A DNA stretch of 64,000 nucleotides. Origin: an uncultured Planctomycetia bacterium (GTDB lineage Bacteria > Planctomycetota > MHYJ01 > WSZJ01). The stretch is from positions 66,280-130,279 of the forward strand of contig CAZPWT010000029.1 in the NCBI GenBank assembly GCA_964590435.1, read 5' to 3'. The notes beneath the pieces are model-generated. The model searched no databases, was not told the DNA's origin, and was given only the letters and a program-made list of their open reading frames with translations. Positions 35,935 to 48,305 of the stretch are shown here, piece after piece; position 1 is the stretch's first letter; every line of letters starts with the position of its first letter. Made by a program: the position numbers and the translations under genes.

Positions 35935-37209
35935 TCAATTTGCCGACGTCGCGATGACCACCCTTTCGATCTCCGCTAGATTCCGCGCCGTGGCGCCGGC
36001 CTTCCCCTGAAGGGCGATCTTCGCCCGCTCCCCCATCGCCGCGGCGTCGCGGGGACTGTCGAACAGGCGGCGGAGCGCCGGGAGCAGCGCCTTGTCGTCG
36101 GCGATCGGCTCGCATCCCTCCGCGGCGCGGAGGAGCTCGAACGCTTCGCGGAAGTTCTCCATGTGAGGGCCGAAAACGATGGGCTTGCCCATGGCGGCGG
36201 GTTCCATGATGTTCTGGCCGCCGCGCGAGGTCAGGGAGCCGCCGACGTAGGCGACGGTGGCGAGGCCCCAGAGGGTGCGGAGGTCTCCGACGGTGTCGAC
36301 GACGACGACGGCGTCGGGAGGCGGAGACTTGAGGGCGTCGATCTCGGTTTTGCGGATCGTCTCGAAGCCGGCCTCGGCCGCAGCCTTGGCGACGTCGGCC
36401 CCGCGCTCGGGATGGCGGGGCACGAGCACGAGCCTGAGATCCGGCATCGCGGCCTTCAGCTCCTCAAATGCGTGGAGCAGGAACTTCTCCTCGGGATCAT
36501 GGGTGCTGCCGCCTACGAGGATCCGGGCGTCCGGGGCGATCCCGAGCTTCGACGCCAGCGCCGCCTTCGCTTCCGCCGACGGCGCCTCGGGCAGACCGTC
36601 GAGCTTCATGTTCCCCGTTACGCTCACCCGGTCGGCCACGAACCCCGCTTCCTTCGCCCGGGCGGCGTACTCCTCGGTCTGCGCAAGGAAGCGCGTAACG
36701 GAGCGGAACGCGCCGCGGATCGGCAGCTTTGCGTAGCGGCTCGCGCTGCGGGCGGAGATGCGGCCGTTGATCACCACGACCGGGACGCCGCGGCGGCGGC
36801 AGGCGCGGACGAAGTTCGGCCAGACCTCGAGCTCGACGAGCGCCACCGCCGCCGGCTTGACGCGGCGCAGGGATCTCGCCACGCACCACGACAGGTCGAG
36901 CGGCCACTGGATGACGGCGAGGTCGCCGAAGTTTTTCTTTGCAACCTCGCGCCCGGTCGGCGTGAACGCGCTCACCACCACGTCCCAGTCCGGGTGCGCC
37001 TTGCGCCACGCCGCCACGAACCCCTTCGCCAGCAGCACCTCGCCGACCGACGCCCCGTGCACCCACAGGCAGGGCTTGTCGCCGCCGCGGCGCGGAACGC
37101 CGCCCAGCCGCTCCCCCAGGTGCCGCCGCCAGCGCCCCGAGACGAGCAGCGCCACGATCCAGAACGGCGCGCCTAGGAGCAGGGCCAGCAGGTAGAAGAG
37201 GTCGAACAC
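35935..37209 (-). CDS. waaA: 3-deoxy-D-manno-octulosonic-acid (Kdo) transferase.
   Basis: An N-terminal anchor helix and HGASVGEV, VVINGRISARS and VGGSL blocks are typical of KdtA/WaaA. Confidence 0.9.
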   Translation of the reverse strand: MFDLFYLLALLLGAPFWIVALLVSGRWRRHLGERLGGVPRRGGDKPCLWVHGASVGEVLLAKGFVAAWRKAHPDWDVVVSAFTPTGREVAKKNFGDLAVIQWPLDLSWCVARSLRRVKPAAVALVELEVWPNFVRACRRRGVPVVVINGRISARSASRYAKLPIRGAFRSVTRFLAQTEEYAARAKEAGFVADRVSVTGNMKLDGLPEAPSAEAKAALASKLGIAPDARILVGGSTHDPEEKFLLHAFEELKAAMPDLRLVLVPRHPERGADVAKAAAEAGFETIRKTEIDALKSPPPDAVVVVDTVGDLRTLWGLATVAYVGGSLTSRGGQNIMEPAAMGKPIVFGPHMENFREAFELLRAAEGCEPIADDKALLPALRRLFDSPRDAAAMGERAKIALQGKAGATARNLAEIERVVIATSAN

Positions 37210-37319
37210 GCGAAGGCGGCCTCAGGAACGCCGCGGGCGCGGCGTCCCCTCATTGCGTCCGAACCCGGCCGTCGCCTCGCCCCTCAACACTCAACCCTCA
37301 ACGCGCGCCCCTCCAGCGG

Positions 37320-40076
<2,757 letters not shown>

Positions 40077-40260
40077 GGGGGGCGCGGCGCCGATTAGGGG
40101 AAGCGGGGAACTCTAGCGTGAGGGCGAGGATGTCGCAAGCGTCGGACCGCGGGGCGGAAGCGTGCGCAAGTTGGTATTTGGCCGCAGGTAAGGGCGAAAC
40201 GGCGCCTCCACAGCCCGCGCGATTTCATGTCAGTTAGGCAGGGTTCACCCCGCCGCCGGC

Positions 40261-43200
40261 CTACTTCTCCTTCAACTTCGCGATCGCGGCCTCGGCGAGG
40301 GTGCGGTCGGGGTCGCCTTGTGCGCCGGACTTCACCGCCTTCTCGTAGGCCTCCAGCGCGCGATCCTTGACGCCCTTCGCCCGGTAGACGTCGCCCAGCT
40401 GCCGCCAGATCCCGGGATTCGCGGGCTCGGCCCGCGTCCCGTCAATCGCGTCGAGCATCGCCGTTTCCAGGTCGCCCTTCTTCGCCATCAGGCTCGACCT
40501 CAGCTGGAACCCCGCGGCGCTCTTCGGCGCCGACTTGATGAGCTCGTCGGCGTCCTCGAGCGCGCCGTTGGCGTCCCCGGCCAGTTCGCGGTAGCGTCCC
40601 CGCCGCGCGCGAAACCCGGCATCGGAAGGGCTGGCCTCGAGCGCCCGCGTCATGGCGTCCGCGGCCTCGCGATTGCGGCCGGCGATCGACAGCACGAGCG
40701 CCTTCGTGTCGAGCGCTTCGAGGTTCTTCGGCGCCAGCGCCAGCGCCCGGTCCAGGTCGTCCAGGATCGCCGCCATGCCGGCGGCCGACCCCGGGGCCCT
40801 CGAGGCCGTCTTCACCCTCGCACGCAGGACCAGCGCTTCCGCGTTCCGCGGATCGATGGAGAGCATCTTCTCGCAATCCTCCAGGGCGCCGGAAAAAGCG
40901 CCCTGCTGGAGGCGGCTGGAAGCGCGCACGTGGAGCATCGTGAGGTCGCGGGGGTATGCGGCGAGGACCTGGGTTGCGTCGGCGACCGCGTCGCTGAAGT
41001 TATGGTGAAGAAACTCGATCCGTGCCCTCAGGCGCACCGCCATGGTCAGGCCCGGGGACAGTCGCAGCGCCTTCTCGCAGGAGTCGCGCGCCGAGGTTGA
41101 ATCGCCGCGATTCAGGCTGGCCGTCCCCAGCACCACCCACGCGGTGGCCGATCGCGATTCCAGCTCCAGCGCCTGCTCCGCGTCCTTCACCGCCAGCGCG
41201 TCTTTCCCCGTCAGTAGATTTACGTACGCCCTCAAGATGAGGCCGCCGGCCTGGGACGGGCTGGCCCCGATGGCGAGCTCCGCCTCGACCAGCGCCTTTT
41301 CGTAGTCGCCGTCGTAAACGTAGATCCATCCGCGGATCCGGAACGTCTCCGGGTCGCCGGGAGAGATCCTCAGGGCGCGTTCGCAGTCGGCAAGCGCCCC
41401 CGCCCGGTCTCCCATCCGGGAACGGTACTCGGCGCGCAGGTGCAGCGCATCCAGGCTGTCCGGATCCAGCGCCACCGCGGCATCGGCATCTTCCAGCGAC
41501 GCGTCGAGTTTCTGCAGCCGCTCCCGCAACTGGGCCCGCAGGACCAGCGCTGCGACCAGGGCGGGTTCGCGCCGAAGCGCCTCGGTGCAGTCGCGCTCCG
41601 CGTCCTCGACGTGCCCGGCGACGTACCGGACGAACGCCGCGGTGACGAGCGCCGCAGGGTCCCGATCCTGGGCCGCCTCGCACTCCGCGAGCGCGTCGTC
41701 CTCGCGGCGAAGGGTGTACAGGCTCCAGGCGCGGGCGAGCCGGACATCCGTCGAGGACGGGTGCAGCAGGGGCATCCCGTCAATCGTGCTGAGCGCTTCC
41801 CGGTACTGGCACTCCAGGCGGAGGGAGAGCCAGAGGGAGACGGCGAAGAGGGGGTCCCAGGGGCGGGCGTCGCGGGCGGTCCGGAAGTGTTCGACGGCGT
41901 GGGCGGGGTCGGCGGCGCCGCGGATCCACGCGAGATCGGGGGCGAAGGGGTCGCCGGGGGCGGGGCGGACGGAGGAGGCGATGCGGAGGGCGGCGGCGGG
42001 GTCGAGGGACAGGAGGGCGCGCGCCGACGCGTGCCAGGCCGCGGCGGAGGGGGACTGGCCTTCCCACGCGGGGCCGTCGGCGACGAGGCGCGCGACGCGG
42101 CCCGGGGCGGCGGGGTCGGGAGACGGAAGGGGCGTGAGGGTCGAGCCCGGGAGCGGTGCGGGGGGCGGGTAGAGGCCGATGCGGCGGCAGATATCGGGGC
42201 AGCCGCGGCGGCTGACGGCGAGCCCGTGCGGGCCGAAGCAGGAGAGCGCCCAGGCCTGCAGGTCGGCGCGGAGGACGAGGGCGGGGCTGAGAAGCGGCTG
42301 TCCGTCTGCGGTTTTCGGGAGGCGCGCGAGGTCGCCGGGCTGGAGCAGCGTCGCGGCCTGTTCGAGGAGGCGCAGCGCGGGAGGGTGGCCGGGGCGGGCG
42401 CGCAGGGCGGCGCCGAGGGCGTCGAGTACGGGGGCGAGGAGCCGGTCGAGAAGGGCGCGGTCGGTCTTTCCGGAACCGGCGGCCGCTTCGGCGGCGTTCA
42501 GCGCCGCGCGGGCCTCGACGACGCGCCGGTCGGCCTCGCGGCCGGCCGCCTCGGCGTCGCGCGCGGCGGTGATGGAAGCGTTGCGGGCCGTGACGGCGGC
42601 CTCCAGCCGCTTGACGGCCTCGGCTGCGGCGGCGCTGTTCGGGTCGGCGGCGAGCGCGGCGCGCGCGAGTTCCAGCGCGGGCTCGAGGCGCCCGGCGGCT
42701 TCGGCGGCGGCGGATTCGGAGAGCGGCTTCGCGGCATCGCCCCCGGCGCGGCGGGAGAGGACGACGATCGCAATGAGCGCGACGGCGGCAACGCCGGCGG
42801 CGATCGCGATCCACTTCCCTTTTCCGGCACCGGCCGCGGCGCTGCCCCGCCCGAGCCACGCTCCGAGTTCGCCGTCCATCGCGGCGGAGGTGAGCTGCCC
42901 GTCGCGGGCCCGTAGAAAAATCCCCGCGAGCGCGCCGTCGATCGCGATCCGACCCTCCGAGCTGGCGTCGCGCGTCGTGTCGCCCTTCACCTTCGACAGG
43001 TCCGTCGTCTCCCCCGCCGGCGAAGGCGCGGCTTTCGTCGTCGGCCCTCCCCCGGGGGAAGGCTGGCCGGTCAGTTCGCAGAAGATCCGCCCCAGGCCGC
43101 GCACGTCGCCCACGGCGTCCCCGTCCTCCAGCCCGAACTCGGTCACCTTCACCTGGTGTTCCCAGCCGCCTTCGCCCTTCGGGCTTCGGCGGCCTCCGCC

Positions 43201-43695
43201 CGCCTTCGACTCGCGGCTCACGACGAGGACGTTCCCCGCGGACAGCCGGCCGTGCGCCAGGCCCTTCGCGTGTGCCGCCGCCAGCGCCTGCGCGACCTCG
43301 CGCGCGATCGTCGCCAGCGTCCGGCCGTCGAGCCACGGGATGTCGCGGACCGGCAGGGCCTCGAAATACGGGCGCGCATACCAGAGCTGCCCCGCCTCGA
43401 GCCCGCCCCCCGCCGGCGCCACGATCCTCGGGTCTCCCGCCGCCTTCGATTTCTTCCCCGCCGCAAGGACCTTCTCCTTCATCCCCGCCGGCGGACGCGG
43501 CCAGACCCGGAGCGCCAGCCACTCCTTCCTCTCGGGGTCCCACGCGTGCCACAGGTCGTGCGCCACGCCGGCGCCCAGCCGCTTCGAAAGCTGGAATCGG
43601 CCGAAGCGCTCGCCGCCGCCGTCGCGCGCCAGTTCCGGCGGGATCGGCAGGGTGGCGTCGCTGCGGGGCGGGTTTTTCGGAGGTTGGTCGGCCAT
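40261..43695 (-). CDS. Pseudokinase-TPR membrane protein with a degenerate Ser/Thr-kinase-like N-domain.
   Basis: The kinase-like fold has its catalytic residues replaced: VAIK reads LALRVW, HRD reads HGRLSAGN, and DFG reads EFG. A transmembrane segment and more than 15 TPR repeats follow. It lies immediately downstream of an active kinase gene. Confidence 0.8.
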   Translation of the reverse strand: MADQPPKNPPRSDATLPIPPELARDGGGERFGRFQLSKRLGAGVAHDLWHAWDPERKEWLALRVWPRPPAGMKEKVLAAGKKSKAAGDPRIVAPAGGGLEAGQLWYARPYFEALPVRDIPWLDGRTLATIAREVAQALAAAHAKGLAHGRLSAGNVLVVSRESKAGGGRRSPKGEGGWEHQVKVTEFGLEDGDAVGDVRGLGRIFCELTGQPSPGGGPTTKAAPSPAGETTDLSKVKGDTTRDASSEGRIAIDGALAGIFLRARDGQLTSAAMDGELGAWLGRGSAAAGAGKGKWIAIAAGVAAVALIAIVVLSRRAGGDAAKPLSESAAAEAAGRLEPALELARAALAADPNSAAAAEAVKRLEAAVTARNASITAARDAEAAGREADRRVVEARAALNAAEAAAGSGKTDRALLDRLLAPVLDALGAALRARPGHPPALRLLEQAATLLQPGDLARLPKTADGQPLLSPALVLRADLQAWALSCFGPHGLAVSRRGCPDICRRIGLYPPPAPLPGSTLTPLPSPDPAAPGRVARLVADGPAWEGQSPSAAAWHASARALLSLDPAAALRIASSVRPAPGDPFAPDLAWIRGAADPAHAVEHFRTARDARPWDPLFAVSLWLSLRLECQYREALSTIDGMPLLHPSSTDVRLARAWSLYTLRREDDALAECEAAQDRDPAALVTAAFVRYVAGHVEDAERDCTEALRREPALVAALVLRAQLRERLQKLDASLEDADAAVALDPDSLDALHLRAEYRSRMGDRAGALADCERALRISPGDPETFRIRGWIYVYDGDYEKALVEAELAIGASPSQAGGLILRAYVNLLTGKDALAVKDAEQALELESRSATAWVVLGTASLNRGDSTSARDSCEKALRLSPGLTMAVRLRARIEFLHHNFSDAVADATQVLAAYPRDLTMLHVRASSRLQQGAFSGALEDCEKMLSIDPRNAEALVLRARVKTASRAPGSAAGMAAILDDLDRALALAPKNLEALDTKALVLSIAGRNREAADAMTRALEASPSDAGFRARRGRYRELAGDANGALEDADELIKSAPKSAAGFQLRSSLMAKKGDLETAMLDAIDGTRAEPANPGIWRQLGDVYRAKGVKDRALEAYEKAVKSGAQGDPDRTLAEAAIAKLKEK

Positions 43696-43758
43696 GATCC
43701 GGGGACACAGGTCCCCCGGAAGATGATACGGGAATCCGGGCCGTCCGCGAGACGCGGC

Positions 43759-44952
43759 TTACGCCAGCGCGTGGACGATCGCCGCGCCCGCCGCCCCGGC
43801 CGCCACCAGCCAGACCGCGGCCTTGCCGCAGCCGCCCTTCTTCGCCGGCGCCGCTTGCGCCGACTCCGCGCCCGCCGGGAAACTCTCCTGCACCCACGCG
43901 TCCAGCGCGTCCGCCAGCTCCGCCGCCGTCTGGTGCCGCTTGGCAGGGTCCTTTTCCAGCGTCTTCATCACGATCGCGTCCAGCTTCGAGTCGATCGTCG
44001 GGTCGATCGCCCTCGGGCGCTGCGGCAGCGTGTCCTGCACCAGCCGCAGCCCTTCGAAGATGTTTTTCGACTCGAACGGCGGCCGCCCGACCAGCCGGTC
44101 GTACAGCGTCGCGCCCAGCGCGTACACGTCCGTGCGATGGTCCACCTGCTTGCCGCTCGCCTGCTCCGGCGACATGAACGACGGCGATCCCATCACCGTC
44201 CCCGGGATCGTCAGCTGCGTGCTCGCGTCGCTCTCGCGCGCAATGCCGAAATCCATCACGAAGATGTGGTGCGAGCACCCCTCGATCGACTTCGAGTTGC
44301 CCCCCGGCTTCGGCTTGCTCTGCACCATGAAGTTCTCGGGCTTCAGGTCGCGGTGCACGATCCCCTTGTCGTGCGCGTACTGAAGCGCCCGCGCCGCGTC
44401 ACGAATCAGCTCGACGCTGATCCTCCGGCTCGTCCGCGGGAACGCCCGCAGCGTGTGCCCCGCCACGAACTGCATCGCGATGTACCACAGCCCCTTGTCT
44501 TTCCCCGCATCGTAGATCCGCGTGATGTTCGGGTGATTCATCCCGCTCGCCATCTGCGCTTCCCGCGCAAATCGCGCCAGCTGCACCATGTCGTTCGACC
44601 GCAGGATCTTCAGCGCCGCCCAGCGCCCTTCCTTCAGGTCCCACGCCTTGTACACCTCCCCCATCGACCCCGTCCCCACCTTCTGGATCTTCACGAACCC
44701 GCCCAGGTGCGCGCTCTTCGACGCTGCGGCCACTTCCGGCGGCATCGGCTTGCGCGAAGCGGTCACGGGGGCCGCGGCTTTCTGGAGTCCGGAGGGGGAA
44801 GCGGACTTCTGCGCGCCGGGCGCGGCGAGGCGCAAGCCGGAAGCGGGCGGCTTGGGTTTTGCGGGCACGCCCGGCCTCTGGGGCGGGACCGGGGGACCGG
44901 CGCCGCGGGGCTTGCCCTGCGGATTCGGTGGCGGGTTGGGAAGCGGGCTCAA
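43759..44952 (-). CDS. Ser/Thr protein kinase with a Pro-rich N-terminus and a C-terminal transmembrane helix.
   Basis: GTGSMGEVYKA, ALKIL, HRDLKPENFMV and DFGIARE motifs are present. The C-terminus AAVWLVAAGAAGAAIVHALA is hydrophobic. Confidence 0.85.
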   Translation of the reverse strand: MSPLPNPPPNPQGKPRGAGPPVPPQRPGVPAKPKPPASGLRLAAPGAQKSASPSGLQKAAAPVTASRKPMPPEVAAASKSAHLGGFVKIQKVGTGSMGEVYKAWDLKEGRWAALKILRSNDMVQLARFAREAQMASGMNHPNITRIYDAGKDKGLWYIAMQFVAGHTLRAFPRTSRRISVELIRDAARALQYAHDKGIVHRDLKPENFMVQSKPKPGGNSKSIEGCSHHIFVMDFGIARESDASTQLTIPGTVMGSPSFMSPEQASGKQVDHRTDVYALGATLYDRLVGRPPFESKNIFEGLRLVQDTLPQRPRAIDPTIDSKLDAIVMKTLEKDPAKRHQTAAELADALDAWVQESFPAGAESAQAAPAKKGGCGKAAVWLVAAGAAGAAIVHALA

Positions 44953-44989
44953 GGGGCGAAGTGTAGCACGGGTCCGGAAGTTGGGAGGA

Positions 44990-46159
44990 CTACCAGCCGG
45001 CGCCCGGGAGGACGATTTTCTCGCCGAAAATGCGCTCGTAGTCGCGGAGCGCGTAGCGGTCGGTCATGCCGGCGATCCAGTGGGCGACGACGAGCTCGCG
45101 CTCCTTTTCGCCGGCGGTCTCGAGCTTCTGCCGCTCGAGCTCGGGGAGGAGGTTGGGCTCCTTGAGGTACCGGATGTAGAGCGCGCGGATGACCTTCGAC
45201 CCGACGCCGCAGGCCTCCTTGACCTTCGCGGACAGGTAGAACTTGTCCATGAGCAGCCCGCCGAGTTCCTTCTGCTCCTTGGCCATCGCGAACGACCAGC
45301 CCACGAGCGGCTTGCGCGCGGCCCGCACGTCGGCGAGCCCCTTCACGCCGGCCTCTTCCAGCCTCTGCGCCGTCGCCGTGATCACGTCCTGCACCATCAC
45401 GCCGATCGCGCGCCGCGTGATCCGCGCCAGTCGCAGGCTCGGCCGCATGTCCCCCGACAGTTCCGTCTCGATGCGCCGCCAGAACGCGATCGCGCGGAAA
45501 TCCCCCTCCTGCATGATCCGAGACTCCAGCCCGTCCTCGATGTCGTGCGCCCGGTACGCGATGGTGTCCGCGAAATTCGCGACCAGCGCCTCCAGGCTCG
45601 GCGCCAGGTTCGGGTTGAAACGGTACGTCCCGATCCGGTCGTAGTCCGTCTCGTGCTTCTCGATCCCCTCGAGCACGTCCGTCGTCAGGTTCAGCCCGGG
45701 GAATCCGGGGTAGCGCTTCTCCACCTCCGTCACGATCCGCAGCGAATGCTCGTTATGGTTGAAGTGCCCGCAGATCGCCTGGAGCTCGTCTTCGCCCTTG
45801 TGGCCGAACGGCGGATGGCCGAGGTCGTGGGCGAGGACGATCGCCTGCATGAGGTCCTCGTTGAGCCCGAGGGCGCGGGCGATCCCCATGCCGATCTGGG
45901 TGGCCTCGAGCGTGTGCGTGAGGCGGTTACGGACGAAGTCGGACCCGAGTCCGTGCGGGAGGACCTGCGTCTTGTACTCGAGCTTCCGGAACGCGCGCGA
46001 GTGGACGACGCGATTCCAGTCGTGCTGGAAGTGCGTCCGGGAGTCCGTGAGCGACTCGGGGTGGATGCGGCGCGCGCCGCGGGAGCGGACGGCGATCGGC
46101 GCGAGGGCGCGGTCCTCGATGTCCTCGAGCACGGCGCGGGTGCGGATGAGCGGGCTCAT
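44990..46159 (-). CDS. dgt: dGTP triphosphohydrolase-like HD-domain protein.
   Basis: ORF 44990..46429, trimmed to the ATG at 46157-46159 (MSPLIRTRAV...). The HD motif LAHDLGHPPFGH and the Dgt-family C-terminus are present. Confidence 0.8.
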   Translation of the reverse strand: MSPLIRTRAVLEDIEDRALAPIAVRSRGARRIHPESLTDSRTHFQHDWNRVVHSRAFRKLEYKTQVLPHGLGSDFVRNRLTHTLEATQIGMGIARALGLNEDLMQAIVLAHDLGHPPFGHKGEDELQAICGHFNHNEHSLRIVTEVEKRYPGFPGLNLTTDVLEGIEKHETDYDRIGTYRFNPNLAPSLEALVANFADTIAYRAHDIEDGLESRIMQEGDFRAIAFWRRIETELSGDMRPSLRLARITRRAIGVMVQDVITATAQRLEEAGVKGLADVRAARKPLVGWSFAMAKEQKELGGLLMDKFYLSAKVKEACGVGSKVIRALYIRYLKEPNLLPELERQKLETAGEKERELVVAHWIAGMTDRYALRDYERIFGEKIVLPGAGW

Positions 46160-46203
46160 GGTTCGACGGCATGCTACGCCAAACGAGCGGAGGGTGCGAA
46201 CGC

Positions 46204-46301
46204 GAGTTCGGAGACGGGAGTTCGGAGACGGGAGGGCCGACCTGCTGCGGTCAGCGAATTCGAGCATCGCACTACCGTCTCCGAACTCCCGTCTCCGAAC
46301 T
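46204..46301. repeat. Long inverted repeat (two ~28-bp arms, each an internal direct duplication, around a ~40-nt loop) in the divergent dgt/dehydrogenase promoter region.
   Basis: The left arm gagttcggagacgggagttcggagacgggag sits at 46204-46234. The right arm ccgtctccgaactcccgtctccgaact sits at 46275-46301. Confidence 0.85.
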
Positions 46302-46379
46302 GCCGTTCGCGCGGAGTTTGACAAGACAGGTCGCCCGCGCGAACCTCGCGCAACGAACCGCGCCACCGGAGACCCCCGC

Positions 46380-47333
46380 ATGCCCGCACCGAGAGTCCTG
46401 ATCGCCGACGCCGTGAGCGACGCCGCCATCGAAGTCCTGAAGAAAGGCGGCGTGGAGGCCGTGAAGAAGACGGGGATGACCGAGGATCAGGTCTGCGCGG
46501 AAATCGGCTCCTACGAGGGCCTGATCGTGCGAAGCGCGACGAAGGTGACGCCGAAGGTGATCGCGGCCGGGAAGAAGCTGAAGATCGTCGGCCGCGCGGG
46601 CGCCGGCGTCGACAACATCGACGTCCCTTCCGCCGTGAAGGCCGGCGTGATCGTCGAGAACACGCCGGGCGGCAACACGACGAGCGCCGGCGAGCACGCG
46701 ATCGCGCTGATGTTCGCGCTGTCGCGGCACATCGCCTTCGCCGACCGCTCGATGCGCGCCGGCGAGTGGCCGAAGAAGGGGACGACGGGGGTCGAGCTCA
46801 CCGGCAAGACGCTGGGCCTGCTCGGCCTCGGCCGTGTGGCGACCGTGCTCGCCAAGGTCGGCCGCGCGCTCGACATGACCGTCCTCGTCTACGACCCCTA
46901 CGTCAGCGACGCGCGCGCCGCGGAATTCGGCGCGAAGAAAGTCTCGCTCGACGAGCTCATCCCGAAAGCCGACTTCATCTCCGTCCACTCCCCCCTCACC
47001 CCCGAGACGAAAAATCTCATCGGCCCCGCGCAGTTCGCGAAAATGAAAAAGTCCGCCCGACTCATCAACGCCGCCCGCGGCGGGATCGTCGACGAGGCCG
47101 CCCTCCTCGACGCGCTCAAGACCGGCAAGATCGCTGGCGCCGGCCTCGACGTCTTCGAGACCGAGCCCCTCCCCGCCGACTCCCCCTTCCGCTCCCTCCC
47201 CAACGTCGTCCTCACTCCCCACCTCGGCGCCAGCACCGAGGAGGCCCAGGAGCGCGTCGCGGTCGAGATCGCCGAGCAGTTCGTCGCCTACTTCACGAAG
47301 GGCGAGGTCCGGAACGCAGTGACGGCCAAGTAG
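46380..47333 (+). CDS. D-isomer-specific 2-hydroxyacid dehydrogenase (short-form 3-phosphoglycerate dehydrogenase-like, no ACT domain).
   Basis: An NAD-binding GLLGLGRVA fold and a catalytic region …ARGGIVDE…TPHLGASTEE are present. The ATG at 46380 is in frame with the track ORF. Confidence 0.8.
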   Translation: MPAPRVLIADAVSDAAIEVLKKGGVEAVKKTGMTEDQVCAEIGSYEGLIVRSATKVTPKVIAAGKKLKIVGRAGAGVDNIDVPSAVKAGVIVENTPGGNTTSAGEHAIALMFALSRHIAFADRSMRAGEWPKKGTTGVELTGKTLGLLGLGRVATVLAKVGRALDMTVLVYDPYVSDARAAEFGAKKVSLDELIPKADFISVHSPLTPETKNLIGPAQFAKMKKSARLINAARGGIVDEAALLDALKTGKIAGAGLDVFETEPLPADSPFRSLPNVVLTPHLGASTEEAQERVAVEIAEQFVAYFTKGEVRNAVTAK

Positions 47334-47359
47334 CCTCGGCCGATCCGTATAATGCCCGC

Positions 47360-48136
47360 GTGATCACCCTTCACTGTTCGTGCGGCGAGACGATCCGGAC
47401 GGGCCTGGGGCCCGCTTCGGTCACGTGCAAGTGCGGGAAGGTCCACGGGCTGCCGAGCCCGGCGCCGTCCGCGCCGCCGCCGCCCCCGCCGCCCGAGCCG
47501 CCTCCGCCTTCGAGTGGCGTCCGCGAAAACCCCTTCGGCCCCCGCCACCGCGTCGCGATCCACGACGGGCTGCCGGCGCCGAAGCACGAGCCGCGCATTT
47601 TCGCCGCGCTGCAGAACCCCGCGGTCGCCGGCGGCATCACGCTCGGCGTGGTCGCGATCACGCTGGTCATCGTGCTGCTGCTGCGCAACCGCGCGGGAAA
47701 GCTGCGCGAAGAAGCGGCCTCGACGGAGCACGGCACCGAATGCTCGTTCGTGAACGCGGGAGTGACGTTCACGGCGCCGCCGGGGTGGAAGATCACGAAG
47801 AACGAGGGGATGACCTTCGCGTTCGAGACGCCGCGCGGGCAGGTCTCGGTGAGCATCCTCCAGGTCACCGGCGAGACCCACGCCGAGCGGGCCAAGCAGT
47901 TCCAGCCGACCGGCGACTGGGCTCCCGCGACGTCGGAGCTCGCCGGGGCGGAAGCGCTCGCCGCGAGCTGGACGTCCGACGCGGGGCGCGAGGCGGGGTC
48001 GTGGTGGCTGGACCGCACGAATCACCGCCTCTGGATCGGCGCCGAGGGGAAGAAGGGCGTCCGCGCGGACGCGGCGGTCCTGATCAAGACGATGAAGCTG
48101 TCCACCCCCGCGGAGAAACGCCCCGATGAACATTAA
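47360..48136 (+). CDS. Membrane protein with an N-terminal zinc-ribbon (CxCG…CxCG), a Pro-rich linker, one transmembrane helix and an extracytoplasmic domain.
   Basis: GTG start at 47360, 9 nt after a TATAAT box at 47346-47351. The product reads VITLHCSCGETIRTGLGPASVTCKCGKVHG…PPPPPPPEPPPP…ITLGVVAITLVIVLLL…. Confidence 0.6.
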   Translation: MITLHCSCGETIRTGLGPASVTCKCGKVHGLPSPAPSAPPPPPPPEPPPPSSGVRENPFGPRHRVAIHDGLPAPKHEPRIFAALQNPAVAGGITLGVVAITLVIVLLLRNRAGKLREEAASTEHGTECSFVNAGVTFTAPPGWKITKNEGMTFAFETPRGQVSVSILQVTGETHAERAKQFQPTGDWAPATSELAGAEALAASWTSDAGREAGSWWLDRTNHRLWIGAEGKKGVRADAAVLIKTMKLSTPAEKRPDEH

Positions 48137-48305
48137 CGTCAACTTCGGCAACGCCCCGCGCCGGCGCCGCCGCCGGCGCACCGGCGTCGCGGCGGCGATC
48201 CTCGCCGTGGCCGCGGCGATCGCCGCGATCGCGGGGAAGATGGCGAAGGACCAACAGCGCAGCCAGCAGCCTCTTCCCAAAGCCGGAGCCCCCGCGCCGA
48301 AATGA
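48126..48305 (+). CDS. Small membrane protein of 59 aa, translationally coupled between the two zinc-ribbon genes.
   Basis: Not in the ORF track. ATG at 48126 (atgaacattaac…) gives [59 protein letters not shown]. Its stop TGA at 48303-48305 overlaps the next ATG as ATGA, and its start overlaps the previous gene's 3' end. Confidence 0.4.
   Translation: MNINVNFGNAPRRRRRRRTGVAAAILAVAAAIAAIAGKMAKDQQRSQQPLPKAGAPAPK

Noticed and set aside
37214-37240. GC hairpin (ggaacgccgcgggcgcggcgtccc) downstream of secA
   Set aside because: It has no U tract on either strand, so it is not a convincing intrinsic terminator. It is noted only as a possible structure in the secA-waaA spacer.
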